A stretch of DNA of 64,000 nucleotides, from contig DF237145.1 in assembly GCA_000708835.1 (NCBI GenBank), forward strand, positions 7,468-71,467. Reading direction: 5' to 3'. The position numbers and the translations under genes were made by a program. The notes beneath the pieces were generated by a model, which did no database searches, was not told the origin of the DNA, and worked only from the letters and a program-made list of their open reading frames with translations. Positions 37,744 to 56,167 of the stretch are shown piece by piece (the first letter of the stretch is position 1; every line of letters starts with the position of its first letter). This stretch comes from Klebsormidium nitens. Its lineage: Eukaryota > Plantae > Klebsormidiophyceae.

Positions 37744-39554
37744 CTACGAAGCATTCAACAAGACTGACACCTTAGCAGAAGTTTTAAGAGGGCGCCTAAG
37801 CAACAAAATCACCAAACATGGCTGGGAGGTATCAACGCATCCTTGCGAAAGCGCTTTGGCGTGAGAGAAACGCCAATCTCCAACTTGATCGTCAAGATTT
37901 CGATAAAGAGGTCCGAAAAAGGATGGCCGATTCTTGTCGTCCCGAGAATTCAAAAGAATGGCCGAATCCAGCCATCCCGAGAACCCACCTTCATACGTAG
38001 CCAAATTCGCGAGCTGGATGGACCGTCGCGCGCGACGCGGAAGAAGCCCCAAATGAGCGGCCCACCCCTCACCAAAACACCTGCTGACGTGGCCCAATCC
38101 AGACCGTACGATGCCTCGCCAAGACCGATCCACGGGCGGTACCATCTCGTTGACGTCTCGCTTCTCTCTCTTGGCCGTGTGACACCACGTGAGAAGCGCC
38201 TCGTATAAGCCCTCCAACGACTTGCTCTTCTTTTGCTGCTCGGTGCAATACGCTATGAGCGCGTCCTGCACGCGTGCGCGCCACTCCTTGCGCGTCCAGA
38301 GGTGGTCCCCCGCGCGCGGCGGGAGGTCGAACTCGAAGAGCTCCATCGCGCGCAGCGGCAGGACCTCGCGCGCCAGCCACGTGGCGTCCGTCCAGGACAG
38401 CGTCCGCACGTCATCGATGTCGAGGCCGTCGTCCGCACGTCCGAGCCGTTGATGAAGCCATTGCTCCACGCTGCGCCCGCCCTTGCGCGCCACGTCATGC
38501 GGCCTGTTCATCGCCCTGCTTTCCCGCGCTTCCTGCATCTTCCGGTCCTCCTTCGCCGGAACCCATTCCGGCAGCAGCCGGAGCAGGCGGCCCCCCAGGT
38601 GCGAAGTAAACCACACGATAACCCCCATGTTAATCACGGCGACGATGAGGAGGTTTCGGTTCGTTCCCCGGTCATCCACGATCGCGGTCGCCGTTAAACC
38701 GATGTAAACCCAGTGGTAAACCGTGTGGAACAGGACGACCGGGAGCGGCTGCACCACCCCCGCGCACAGCGCGCGGCTGCGGCACAGCGCGCGCACCGCG
38801 GCCATCCCCGGGGTTTGGAGGTTTTCCCGTCCTCCCCTCCGTGCGTTTGGACGTCCAACTCGTCCGCGAGGGTCTGCAACTGGGGGAACCACCAGAGCGT
38901 GGTTTTACACCCCCGGTCCGTTTCGAGGTCCCAGAACCGCGCGGCGAGCGCCCAGATAGCCCACGCGAAATTGGTCAGTTCGGCGATTAACCCGACCACC
39001 AGAAAGGCGTAAACCGGGACCCGGCCCTGGTGCCCCGACCAGTGCCCCGCGCCGCTCCCGGCTGCCCACGTGGAAATAATGTGCCCGGTAGACGAGCCCA
39101 AAAGTTCCAATAACTGGCCCCAGGTCTCGATTTGGAGCACGAGGGATCCCTTCCCGAGCAGCGAAACCGCGACGATCGCGGCGACCACGACGCCCTGGCG
39201 CGGCTCGGTGATGTTAATGTTCATGAGGCCGACAAGCCCCAAAGTGACCGGGACAGCGTAGAAGGCGACGTAGGCCGCGGCCGCCTTCTTGTGGTAAACC
39301 TTCGTGGTTTTGTACCGGTAATTTCGGAGCGCGAGCGTCGTACCCGCGAAGAATAGGAGGAGGGACGACACGAAGAGCGCCATCCACCCGGCGATCCGGA
39401 AGCGGTCCTCGGAAGAGAGTGTCAGCTCGAAGACGAAGTGTTTCGAGTTGACGCGGACCAGAGGGGGAGTGGGCGGGGCGTCCAACCGGGCAGAAGCAGA
39501 GGCACCGACGGAGAAGAGGGAGGCGAGGAGTAGGATAAACGCGAGGCACGCCAT
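37744..39554 (-). CDS. Intronless multi-pass membrane protein (signal peptide plus about 6 TM helices and a soluble C-terminus), split by a single frameshift; sequencing error or pseudogene
   Basis: ORFs 39554-38694 and 38892-37744 overlap in adjacent frames. Hydrophobic helices continue across the switch near 38810-38835, which contains gggg/aaaa/cccc runs. Joined length is about 603 aa. No family recognised. Confidence 0.6.
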
Positions 39555-41815
39555 CGTACCGAACTCGACCTCCTCTTGGAAGTGACTCTGTTGTTTCAGT
39601 TGTCGTCAAGAAACTGCAAGGAAGTTGTCAGTTTGCACATTAGTCGCTTGCTCTAGGTAGTGTATCTAGGAGAGGCTCCTGACGAAAGAAAGGAAAGGGC
39701 GTCGGAAGAAGAAGACATCGAATTCATCTTGCGGCCTCCGGACTTGTCGTAAGCAGGCTTCACATCGAAGTCATGTTATCTGATGGCATTGAAACCTTGC
39801 AGGCTAGGTGCTAAGGGCCGTCAACTTTTTAAATCTATCGAGCTGTGATCTGTCACGCTATTTAGAAGAGCAACCGACGGCCTCTTCGAAGATTAGCAGC
39901 AAACTGGCGTTCAACCCTTGTGGTCCCAGGGCACCTGATCCGACGACTTCCACCAGGACTCTAGAAAGAGGGAAACTCTCGGGAGTACTCTTGCCACCAT
40001 CGAGCAGGTCTGCTTTAATATGGGGGTCACTATATTCTGTGAGCGAAGCGCTTGATCTGAAGATTTTTTGCTTACATAGAAGAGAACTTCGGCGGACCCC
40101 GAATGTTCCTTTTGTTACAGCTTCTTCTATTACTTGTTGCAAGAATGACAAGCGTACGTAGCACTTTTTGTACCAACCAAGAGATTGATGAACTCAGTCA
40201 GCTACAAATCCATCGTTTCATCACCCTAAAACCCTAAAACCAGAACTCGAAGAGTTGCTGATATCGAGAAGAAGCTTATTCACCTGTTCTCGACGTTAGA
40301 ATGGACCCTTTATGATGCCGTTGATCTGAATTCAGCTTTTCACCGTGCTGCTTTCGGAATCCGAATTGTCGGATGCATAAAGAGGAATTGAGGGGAGAGT
40401 CAGCAGCAGATGAAGACAGTGACTCAACGTACGCCTACGTTGGCGACAAAGACTGAAGACACTTCGGCAAAAGGCATTGCAACTTTTCCAACAGGTCGTG
40501 GTGCCAGAATTAGATTGCTCCAAAAAGATATGCTATGGATTGTAGAATCGCAGGATACTCAAATCTATGAATCGAAGTTTCGCTTCTGATGAGAGACGTG
40601 TGATACTAGCGGTTAGAGCTTTGCTGACAATCCGAGGATATGGTAAATCTTGCTCTCAGCTTTGTGGGGAAGTAAGAAAACACGACTTGATTAGACGATT
40701 GCCTGCCTCTGATCTACTTTGGCTTCACCTTTATGCATGAATGAAAAAGTTAGACTCCTACACTTGATGGTCGTCTATCCAAAACTTGGTAAAGCTGCAA
40801 ACATTGAGTGTTTGTACGCACCTTGTGGACAGGGAAAAGGAGGGGATTCCCCCAGCTCTGAGTTCCACTGTTTTAGGCTTCTGACCAAGCTTCAACGAAG
40901 GACCGAAGAGAACGATAAAGGGGCAGTCTGCTGATGGATTCTCAAGCTGGTGTAGGGAACTGAGAGAGATATTGCACCGGTATCCATCTCAAAATATTCT
41001 AACTACCCAACCTGCGCTTCTTGAGGCAGGACTTTTAAGCCCTAACGCAACATAGACAGGAATTGAATCAAGCTGTAGTTTGAAAAGAAGCATCACGTCA
41101 CATACCTAGATGAAGCCCCTTTACATTGCGGCTAGCGCCCTCCGTTTCCTGGACGGTGGATTGAACTTACAAATGATTTTGCCCCTGTCAAGCCTTGTAA
41201 CCGAAAAGCAGCCCTTTTGTGTACGTCTTGGTTCATTCCAATTTGTGTAAGGACCCCGTAAGGACCGTCGCTCATACCTTGCCAATTCTGAAGACTTTGA
41301 TTGAACGCTAGCCTTGCTAGCAAAAGCTCTCCGAATGTAATTTGCAAAGAGTTTGCACCGGCAAGAGACCAGCGCTCTGATCCCGATCTCTGAGCCGCGG
41401 CAAACTGTTTGGAAAGTTCAGGTTGTAGGTCGATTTGGGCGTTGCGTGCCCTTCTCTCTTTTTGAGGTGTTGGCAACACGAAGTTGACGTGATGTGACAA
41501 CGAGGGCGGAGCCAGGACTGACCAGTGATTGACGTCGTTTTGCATTTGGGTTTTGCGATTGGCAGCCGAGGGTCCTGTCAGACTGTCAAGGTTGTTTCTG
41601 ATCTACCGTATGACTGTAAAGGCTTGCGCCTGCGCCTAAACACTCGGGCAAAAGTACGTTATGATAAGTATCGGTTTCTTTTTCCCTTAGGGCTTCAATG
41701 GCTTGGCCATTCATGAAAGCAATCTGCATGGGACCAATCTGAAGAAACCCAAGATGACAAAATTCGGGTTGGGCCAACCGTTGTTCCGCTCAGGCAAAAA
41801 CCTGTGAAGACGTCT

Positions 41816-41864
41816 GACTCGTGATTCGTGATTCGTGATTCGTGATTTGTGATTCGTGATTCGT
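41816..41864. repeat. (GATTCGT)7 heptamer microsatellite
   Basis: gactcgt gattcgt gattcgt gattcgt gatttgt gattcgt gattcgt. Confidence 0.9.
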
Positions 41865-42099
41865 TTCATGCAACTTTGAGAGCGAACAAGCCATAAGGAA
41901 ATCTCTTTGCAGTGAACGGACTCCGAACGGACTTCTGATGCCCTCTCAGTGCATATCACCTCGTCTGTGTCTGCGATTTTGAACGGGTGTTGAATGTCGG
42001 GAGATCTCATATTTACCATGCGCTAGATGAGATCGCAAGGCAGCCACGCCGCACGTCACCGCTGCCAGCAATGGCAACTTGAATAGCTTGGACCGGGGC

Positions 42100-42200
42100 C
42101 GCCGCTTCTCTTCTTACCGCGCGCGCACTAACTCCGCGGCCGCTGGCCGCCGCTGTGTCGCGGCCGCGGACCCGCGGCGCGCGGCCGCGCCGAAAAAGCC
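42100..42200. promoter_or_regulatory. GC-rich promoter island upstream of MDAR with three GCGGCCGC motifs
   Basis: GCGGCCGC at 42136, 42160 and 42181; TATATAA at 42356; ATG at 42441. Confidence 0.5.
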
Positions 42201-42440
42201 GATTGACTCGGAAACTCGCAGCCTGCATGCGCCACGTATAGTTCACACTGAACAGCAGAGAGAAGAGGAGAGAACCTTCTGTGGCTCCTTCCGTGGGCAC
42301 AGCGTTGTCTTCAGAGTTTTGAGTACCATTTACGCCTGAGGACGCCATCGAAGAGTATATAAGAGGTGCAGAGGTCACCAAGTTTTCTGAAAGAGTAGCT
42401 GAGTTGACGAACTGCAGTGAGGAGCTAACGTTCTGCCGAC

Positions 42441-49893
<7,453 letters not shown>

Positions 49894-50529
49894 ACGTTTT
49901 ATGCAGACGCAAGGGCTAGTGTTGGGCGACTGAAGAGTCGACTTTAAGCGGTTTGGCTGCGTCGCTTGCTGGTCGTCCGCAGTTTCTTGAGAACAGCGAT
50001 GAAGAAGCTGCTTCTGAAGAGCCTGGTCAATGCTTATCGTGATTTGAGTGTAAACCAGCAGCGTTGATAACAGCATTAAGCGGGGCAGCAGTAGCGGACT
50101 CATTCTTTATTGGGCGAAGGCCTTCTCTCTTCGTAACAGAAACGAACTCAATGCGGATGTGGAGGAGATATATCATTGATCTCCGTAGTATCAAGTTCAA
50201 AGTGGATCATTGTATCTTTGAAGTGGAGTGAGCTAGACATGTTGACGTACTAGGTTGCAGTTCCTCGCACTCTGAGATTCTCCAATCGCTTCACGGCGGT
50301 ACACTGTGCTTCGACCTTGCCGGGGCTCTGACATCTCAAATCATGCGTCTTTCAATGATGTTAATTGAGAATTCCAAACAATGTCGGGGCTGGTGCAGCT
50401 GTAAGTTGCATGATTGGCAACAGGCCGTGCATGATGTATAACTGGTGCCCCTGAGTATCAATGTACTGATATTCCATGTACAAACACGACAACATGTTTC
50501 CTTGAAATTATAGAAGCCACAATACTGCC

Positions 50530-50645
50530 ACGGGCCCGGCCGGAAAACGCCCGGCACCGGCTGGCCGCTGGAAGGCGGCGGCCGCGTGCGCGGCCGCATC
50601 GTCATATTTTGTCCTCGGGCGGCCGCGGGCGCGCGGGTGCACTTC
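50530..50645. promoter_or_regulatory. GC-rich promoter-like island upstream of the PLAC8 gene with three GCGGCCGC motifs
   Basis: GCGGCCGC at 50578, 50590 and 50619, between the MDAR stop and the PLAC8 ATG. Confidence 0.45.
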
Positions 50646-51715
50646 AACAGGCTGATGGCGGCAGGGGTACCACAGAATCAGATACCCTGTGGAACCCTAA
50701 ACCAGTCACACATGGCGCTCCTGCATTACTAATACAGGGGCGCAGCTAGCTGCCTTGACAAGGGAGGATCAACGGAGCTCTCTTTAATTCATTAGATTCA
50801 GAAACGCTGTGGCCTAGCTCTGCAGCCTCAGGAAGGGGAGGATTGTTCGCTTCAGGTGAGCTGCTTCGCCGGTGGCCCTCACTCAGCCTTTTGCAATGGT
50901 ATTGCATTGCATGAATGGGATTGACTACCTGCTGTCTCATCGATCAAAGTCACAATGTTCTGCAGCAATGTCACGTCAGCTGATTCCACAGAGAAGCAAG
51001 GTTACACAGCTAATGATCAGAATTTACCTTTTTTGTACTTTATCAGCTCAGGACCTCTTCCACGTATTTGTAGCATATTAGAAAAAAATTCGTGCTTCTG
51101 TCTTGTCAGACGGAGCTGCAATGTGGACCTTAAGATCACCTGTTGGTCTGAATCAGGGCACATTTGCTTGGTCCAGAGACCATCAAACCAAATGACCCCG
51201 ATCTTTTGTCGTACACCCGAAGAAGTTAGCTGCCTTTCTGGGTCTTAGCTTATCGAAACAGAGCTCCATTGCTCATCTGTGCAACAAGATGGTGCTTTTG
51301 AGAATCAACCCAAATGTTGCATGCGCTTCAGGATTAAGAAATCTTTTGATCAACCATCACTGCACTGGACAGTTCAAGCATTTGGCTTGTCAGACTAAGC
51401 GAATGGAGTCTGTCTTGTTCCTGTCATAGATTGCAGAGGGCGCCTGTCAGATTACGCCTCTCTGTTTCAGCAGCCCTTATGGCAGATGTGTGGAACTGCT
51501 GCTTACAGTTCCATATTTTACTCCAAACAGAAGTTCTTTCTACGTCCAGCTTGCAATTGCTCAATGCTCAGGAAGTGCCCCTTCGTGTTCCTCTCAGGTG
51601 ACTGCCGCCATCCTTACTCCGCATACTTGTGGCAGCACCTTGCAAGGAAAGATCTTCAAGTCCTCGTCCTGACTCCAGCCAACGAGCCCTGGAAACTAAA
51701 AAGCTGGTTACAGGC

Positions 51716-54024
51716 ATGGCGGAGAACCCGAAATGTCCTGGCCAGGTTGTGTGGGTCAGCAGCAGCGAACCCCTCCATCAAGAGAGCTCTCTCCCCCCCC
51801 TGCAAGAGGACTCCTTCGACGACCTTCCCGAATTGATTGAGGCAGAGTCAGACTCAGATTCAGAGGGGGTCCCCGAGCTCGTTGCTGACCTCAGCGAGGT
51901 GTCTGACTATGATGACATGCCCGAGCTCGGGAGCGACAGCGACGATGACGTCAGCGATGACGACGAGCCCCCGCCTCTAGTTGGAGAAGACAGCGACGAC
52001 GAAGACGATTTGCCTGAGCTCATTGCCTTCGATGATGAGGAGGATTCTAAAGAGAAGTATGAGCTGTTGATCGCGACTGCGGGGGCCCGTCGGAGCTCCC
52101 CATACCGTTCTCTGACGCAACAACCTTGCTGGCTTGAGAAGAGTGCGATCGGGAACCTGGAGGGCTTTGGCGGGGGTGATGTGACTTCGGGCGAGTCATC
52201 TCCTTGGAATATGGCATTAGCACAATATCAGAGCAAGGTTGGCAACCCGCTTGTGGTCATCACTGACTCGGTGGGAGAAGAAACGCTATCAAATGAAAGT
52301 CTGAGGCGCCCGGTGGAGTGCCCCAGGCTCGGAGACCAGGGGCTCGTCAAGGGCGAGGAGCGCACGGTGGTTTTCCCTGGGGGAGCCAAGCAAGCGGAGC
52401 CGCAGGAGTGGTCGACCGGCCTGTTTGACTGCTGCTTGGACGTGCCGACATGTAAGACTTAGGGTACAGGAGATGCTATTATCACTTTTGAAGTTGACAG
52501 CTAAGCTTCTGGACTTGGTTTACTGTTTGACTTCACTCCAACATGATGACTGGGTGAATCAAGAGACTTTTACTATGCAAGTTCTGACGTGGCCACTTTG
52601 TCGCTGCTAAGATGACATTACCTTCCGCTTGAATCCTTCATGCGGTGCGCCGTGCTTCTGCCCCCTTCTTCCTTCTTCCCGAACTGCAGGTCCCCCGTTC
52701 TTCTCCTCTTTCAAACGAACTCCATCCTGTTGCAATCACTGAGGCTTTCCTTGGTGTCGCTGACATCATCGCTGACGTGGCCGCTGGCGTCACTCCCCCA
52801 GCCGCAGGCCTCCTCGCTGCCCTCTGCGCCTGCGTCCTCTAGCCCCCCCTTTGCTTCCCAACACCAAAGTCCCGGTTCTCAAGACGAACTCGGCTCTGAG
52901 GCAACCCATTGACGTTCTTCCGGTGTCGCTGATATCACGGCTGAAGTCACTTCCCCTTCCGCAGGCCTCCTCGGCGCGCTCTGCCCGTGCGTCCTCTACG
53001 GCCAGACCCACCGCCTCGTCACCGGCCGCTCCTGCATGACGTCAGCGCTCGCGCAGTTTTTCGCCGTGCTGGGGGGGGCCTTGTTGGGGGGCTGCTTCCT
53101 GTGCCACTGGGGCTACGCGCCGTGCGCCGCTGCCCCCCTGAGGAGCGTGATTCGCGGCAAGTACGGGCTGGCTGCGACGGGGCCGTTTGAGCTGGCGAGC
53201 GAGGCGGAGGGCCGGCTGGCCGACTGCTTCGTGCACTACTGGTGCCACCCAGTGAGTGGCTTTGTTTGTTTGATTCCGTCAGTCTGATTCTAATTTCACC
53301 GACCCAGCAAAGAAGGAAGCGCCCGAACGACCGGCAAACGCTCACCTTTCGTCACGAACCTTGAAAAACATAACGTCAGTGGCCAAACTAAGCAACAAGC
53401 AAGGCATCCTCCGTTCGCTCGGTGTTCTTCTGACTGCTAGATCGTGTAATGGATGCAGGTTAAAGAACCGCAGGATCGCTAATCAGATATAATAAAGCTC
53501 GTTTTTGCTAAATTGTTTGATGGTCGATCAGGAGATCACGATCTCGTTGCATTTCGGGTCCATTTTGACCCGGGCGTCGCAGGCTCATCTGCTTGTTGTC
53601 CCTTCAGATCACCCTTCTTACTGCTCGCTTCAAATTGGCCGGAGGATAGGTTACACAACGCTTTCCTCTGTGGCAGCGCGTCAAACTTTGAGCAGAATCG
53701 GCATGCATAATCAACATGTTGTTTGCGTCTTCGGGCTCCTCTAAATTCAGGGTTGGAAGCCTGAGTGTGACTCCTCGGTTGAAGAAACCAAGCGCTTATA
53801 ACTACTGTTCTCGTCCCCTACAGTGCGCGCTCTGCCAGGAGTACCGGGAGGTTAAATTCCGCACGAAGCTTGAAACCGGGGGCACCTACACAGCACCCCC
53901 GGTCGTTGAAGAAATGGAGAAGCGGGTTATTGCGGAACCCGTCAAGAGCGCCGGCGTCAAGGAGGAAGCCGGGGGCGTTTACTACACCCTTCTGGCTGGG
54001 GAATATAAGGGCGCCGTTGTTTGA
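51716..54024 (+). CDS. PLAC8 (Cys-rich, PCR/CNR-like) domain protein with a long acidic N-terminal extension; about 407 aa
   Basis: Exons 51716-52451, 52965-53251, 53824-54024 join in phase. PLAC8 motifs: WSTGLFDCC...CLLGALCPCVLYGQ...IRGKYGL...DCFVHYWCHPCALCQEYRE. The start codon is uncertain. Confidence 0.88.
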
Positions 54025-55678
54025 GGTAGAAGTAGTTGGAAGGGCAATACATCTGATAATGGAGTTCAATCTCGTCGGCACAGAATGATGACATTCCGTC
54101 ATTGAAAGGTCTTGGGCGTTGGGCGTTTTGCTGGCTGCGGTCGGAAGAAAAGTTGAGCTAGCCCGCACTTGATAGAGCGGAGCGATGCGATTGGCGTGGT
54201 TCTGATCGCTGAACATTTAGGAGACCGGACTGCATTCGTCAACGGCCTGGTCTGGACGATAGCACGACTGCTGACAAGTTGGTCTTGTACATAGGGTTAA
54301 ATGAAACTTCCCAGGCTTTGGTTAACATCAATAGCCTGCTCATGGTCATTTCAACTTTCTTTTCGTAGATCGTGCAATAGAGCATTGAAGGCCCGTTGGA
54401 CAGTGGATCATCTGTTCAAAGAAAAAGATTGGACCGGGCTTAAAACGGGACTCGATCCTTCCGACGAGCCTTACTTTCAGGCATCGAATGTAGTCTGCTT
54501 GACCGGAAATTGCAGTTCCATTCTGCACGCATGCGCAAACATATGACGTACGTGTGCACTGAAAGCTAGCTGAGCATTGCTTATACATATGGCCGCGGCC
54601 ACGTTGGTGCTCTGTCCTGTACACAGGCTGGCCACGTTACACGTGACGGGACTTCTGGCACGTAGATGATATAAACCTACTATATACATCAGCGCATTGA
54701 TTGAATATCTGGAGACTGTCACTGTTTCCTGCACTTAACTCGATGACATGTCGGTGGCATGCATGCAGCAATGCTCCTCAATCCTGGCCAGCGAATTGAA
54801 CATGGCCGCCCAGAAAGCCTACTAATTCTAGATTAACAATCAGCCTTCGTGTAGCTCCTATCGGCGATGAATACTCAACATGTTGAGCGTTAGCTTTGAG
54901 ATGTGGTCTACGTTTATATAATGGGAAGTTGTTTCGTCGCGGTGATTATAGAAGAGTAAAGCTGTTGATTGGCACCCCATTGGCACAATCGATAGAAGTC
55001 CGTACATGAAGATCGTTATCGACTAGCATGCATGGGCTCTGGGTTACGACGTGCTTGCAAAGCTGTTCCTGGAGGAGCTCTTAAATGGATTTTCGAGAGG
55101 CAGTCTGGTCCAACTAGTTCCAAGTGCGGCGTCATAAGAAAATCTAACGTAGAGTCACAAAGTACAGGTGGGTCATTCTGCACGGCATAAAATCCTTGAG
55201 CAGTCAAGGCAGTAGAGTGGATTCCCTCTGTTAAGATCTGACCCAGGGTCAAAACGTCCAAAAAGTAGCTTGAGGTACCGCACTTCATAATCGTCATAAT
55301 CGTCCTTGAAACGGCCATCTTAACTTACAGAAGACTCCAACGTGAATAGAGGAGCTTGGATTAATCGAGGTAGAGAGACCCAAGAACCACAAAGTATGAA
55401 ATCTCTAGCAACATAACTTTTCCCCACCCAGATTTGCAACAAACTCCTGCCCTCCGACTAGCGCACTGAGGCTCGGGGGATGCTCCTAATTACATTCAGA
55501 ACATTTTCAAAATAAACCTTCAAGGTCTCCAGCACTTAGATGTGAATCTCACGACAGAATATTGACTCGTTCGACTCCTGAGCTTCTGATACTACGAGTC
55601 TTGACTATTCTAGCCTTGTACCATGAAATATCTTTAAACACTGTCCTTTTCCTTGTTATTGGTTGACCCAGTTTAAAG

Positions 55679-56167
55679 CTAAAGGGCACTTAAGCGGCCC
55701 ATAATTTTCAAAACCACCACCTGCGTGAATCTTCCCGACAGGTGTACTTCCCCCGCCCCCAGGAGAGCCTCCATGAAAGTTGCGGCAGTTTTCACCCCTG
55801 GTTGCGTGCTGCCTAACGCGGCGGTAAGCTTTAGTTGTCCGGCCAGCTTTGCAAGGCTCTCGTTGGTGACGATATCTTGCGTCTTCTTGTGGAGCTCTGA
55901 AGGAGCCGTGACCCCCTGCGCTAGGAGCTCTTTGATGACGTAGAATTTCAGCGCTGCGTCGCCCACAAGTGCGAGCTTTTCGCGAGTCTCTTTGTCTGAC
56001 ACAAGCTTGTGCAACCACGTAGGTGGGCAGTGACTCCACAGGCAGAAAAACTGTAACAGGCTTTGAACTGCTTTGTCTTTCTCTGTCAGCGAAGAAGACT
56101 CTTTGCTCCTCTTCATCAGCAGCCGTTTGAGCAGCGACAGCACCTTCTCGACATCGCTCGAGTCCAT
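55679..56167 (-). CDS. Stand-alone RNase III catalytic domain without a dsRBD (Mini-III-like), 162 aa, intronless
   Basis: EKLALVGDAALKFYV matches the RNase III signature (ERLEFLGDA / Mini-III LAYIGDA). ELHKKTQDIVTNESLA and AATFMEALLGA match the downstream conserved helices. Confidence 0.75.
   Translation of the reverse strand: MDSSDVEKVLSLLKRLLMKRSKESSSLTEKDKAVQSLLQFFCLWSHCPPTWLHKLVSDKETREKLALVGDAALKFYVIKELLAQGVTAPSELHKKTQDIVTNESLAKLAGQLKLTAALGSTQPGVKTAATFMEALLGAGEVHLSGRFTQVVVLKIMGRLSAL

Noticed and set aside
38800-38840. Programmed -1 ribosomal frameshift in the multi-TM gene
   Set aside because: GGGAAAAC and CCCGGGG are not phased as X XXY YYZ in the upstream frame; a homopolymer indel is simpler.
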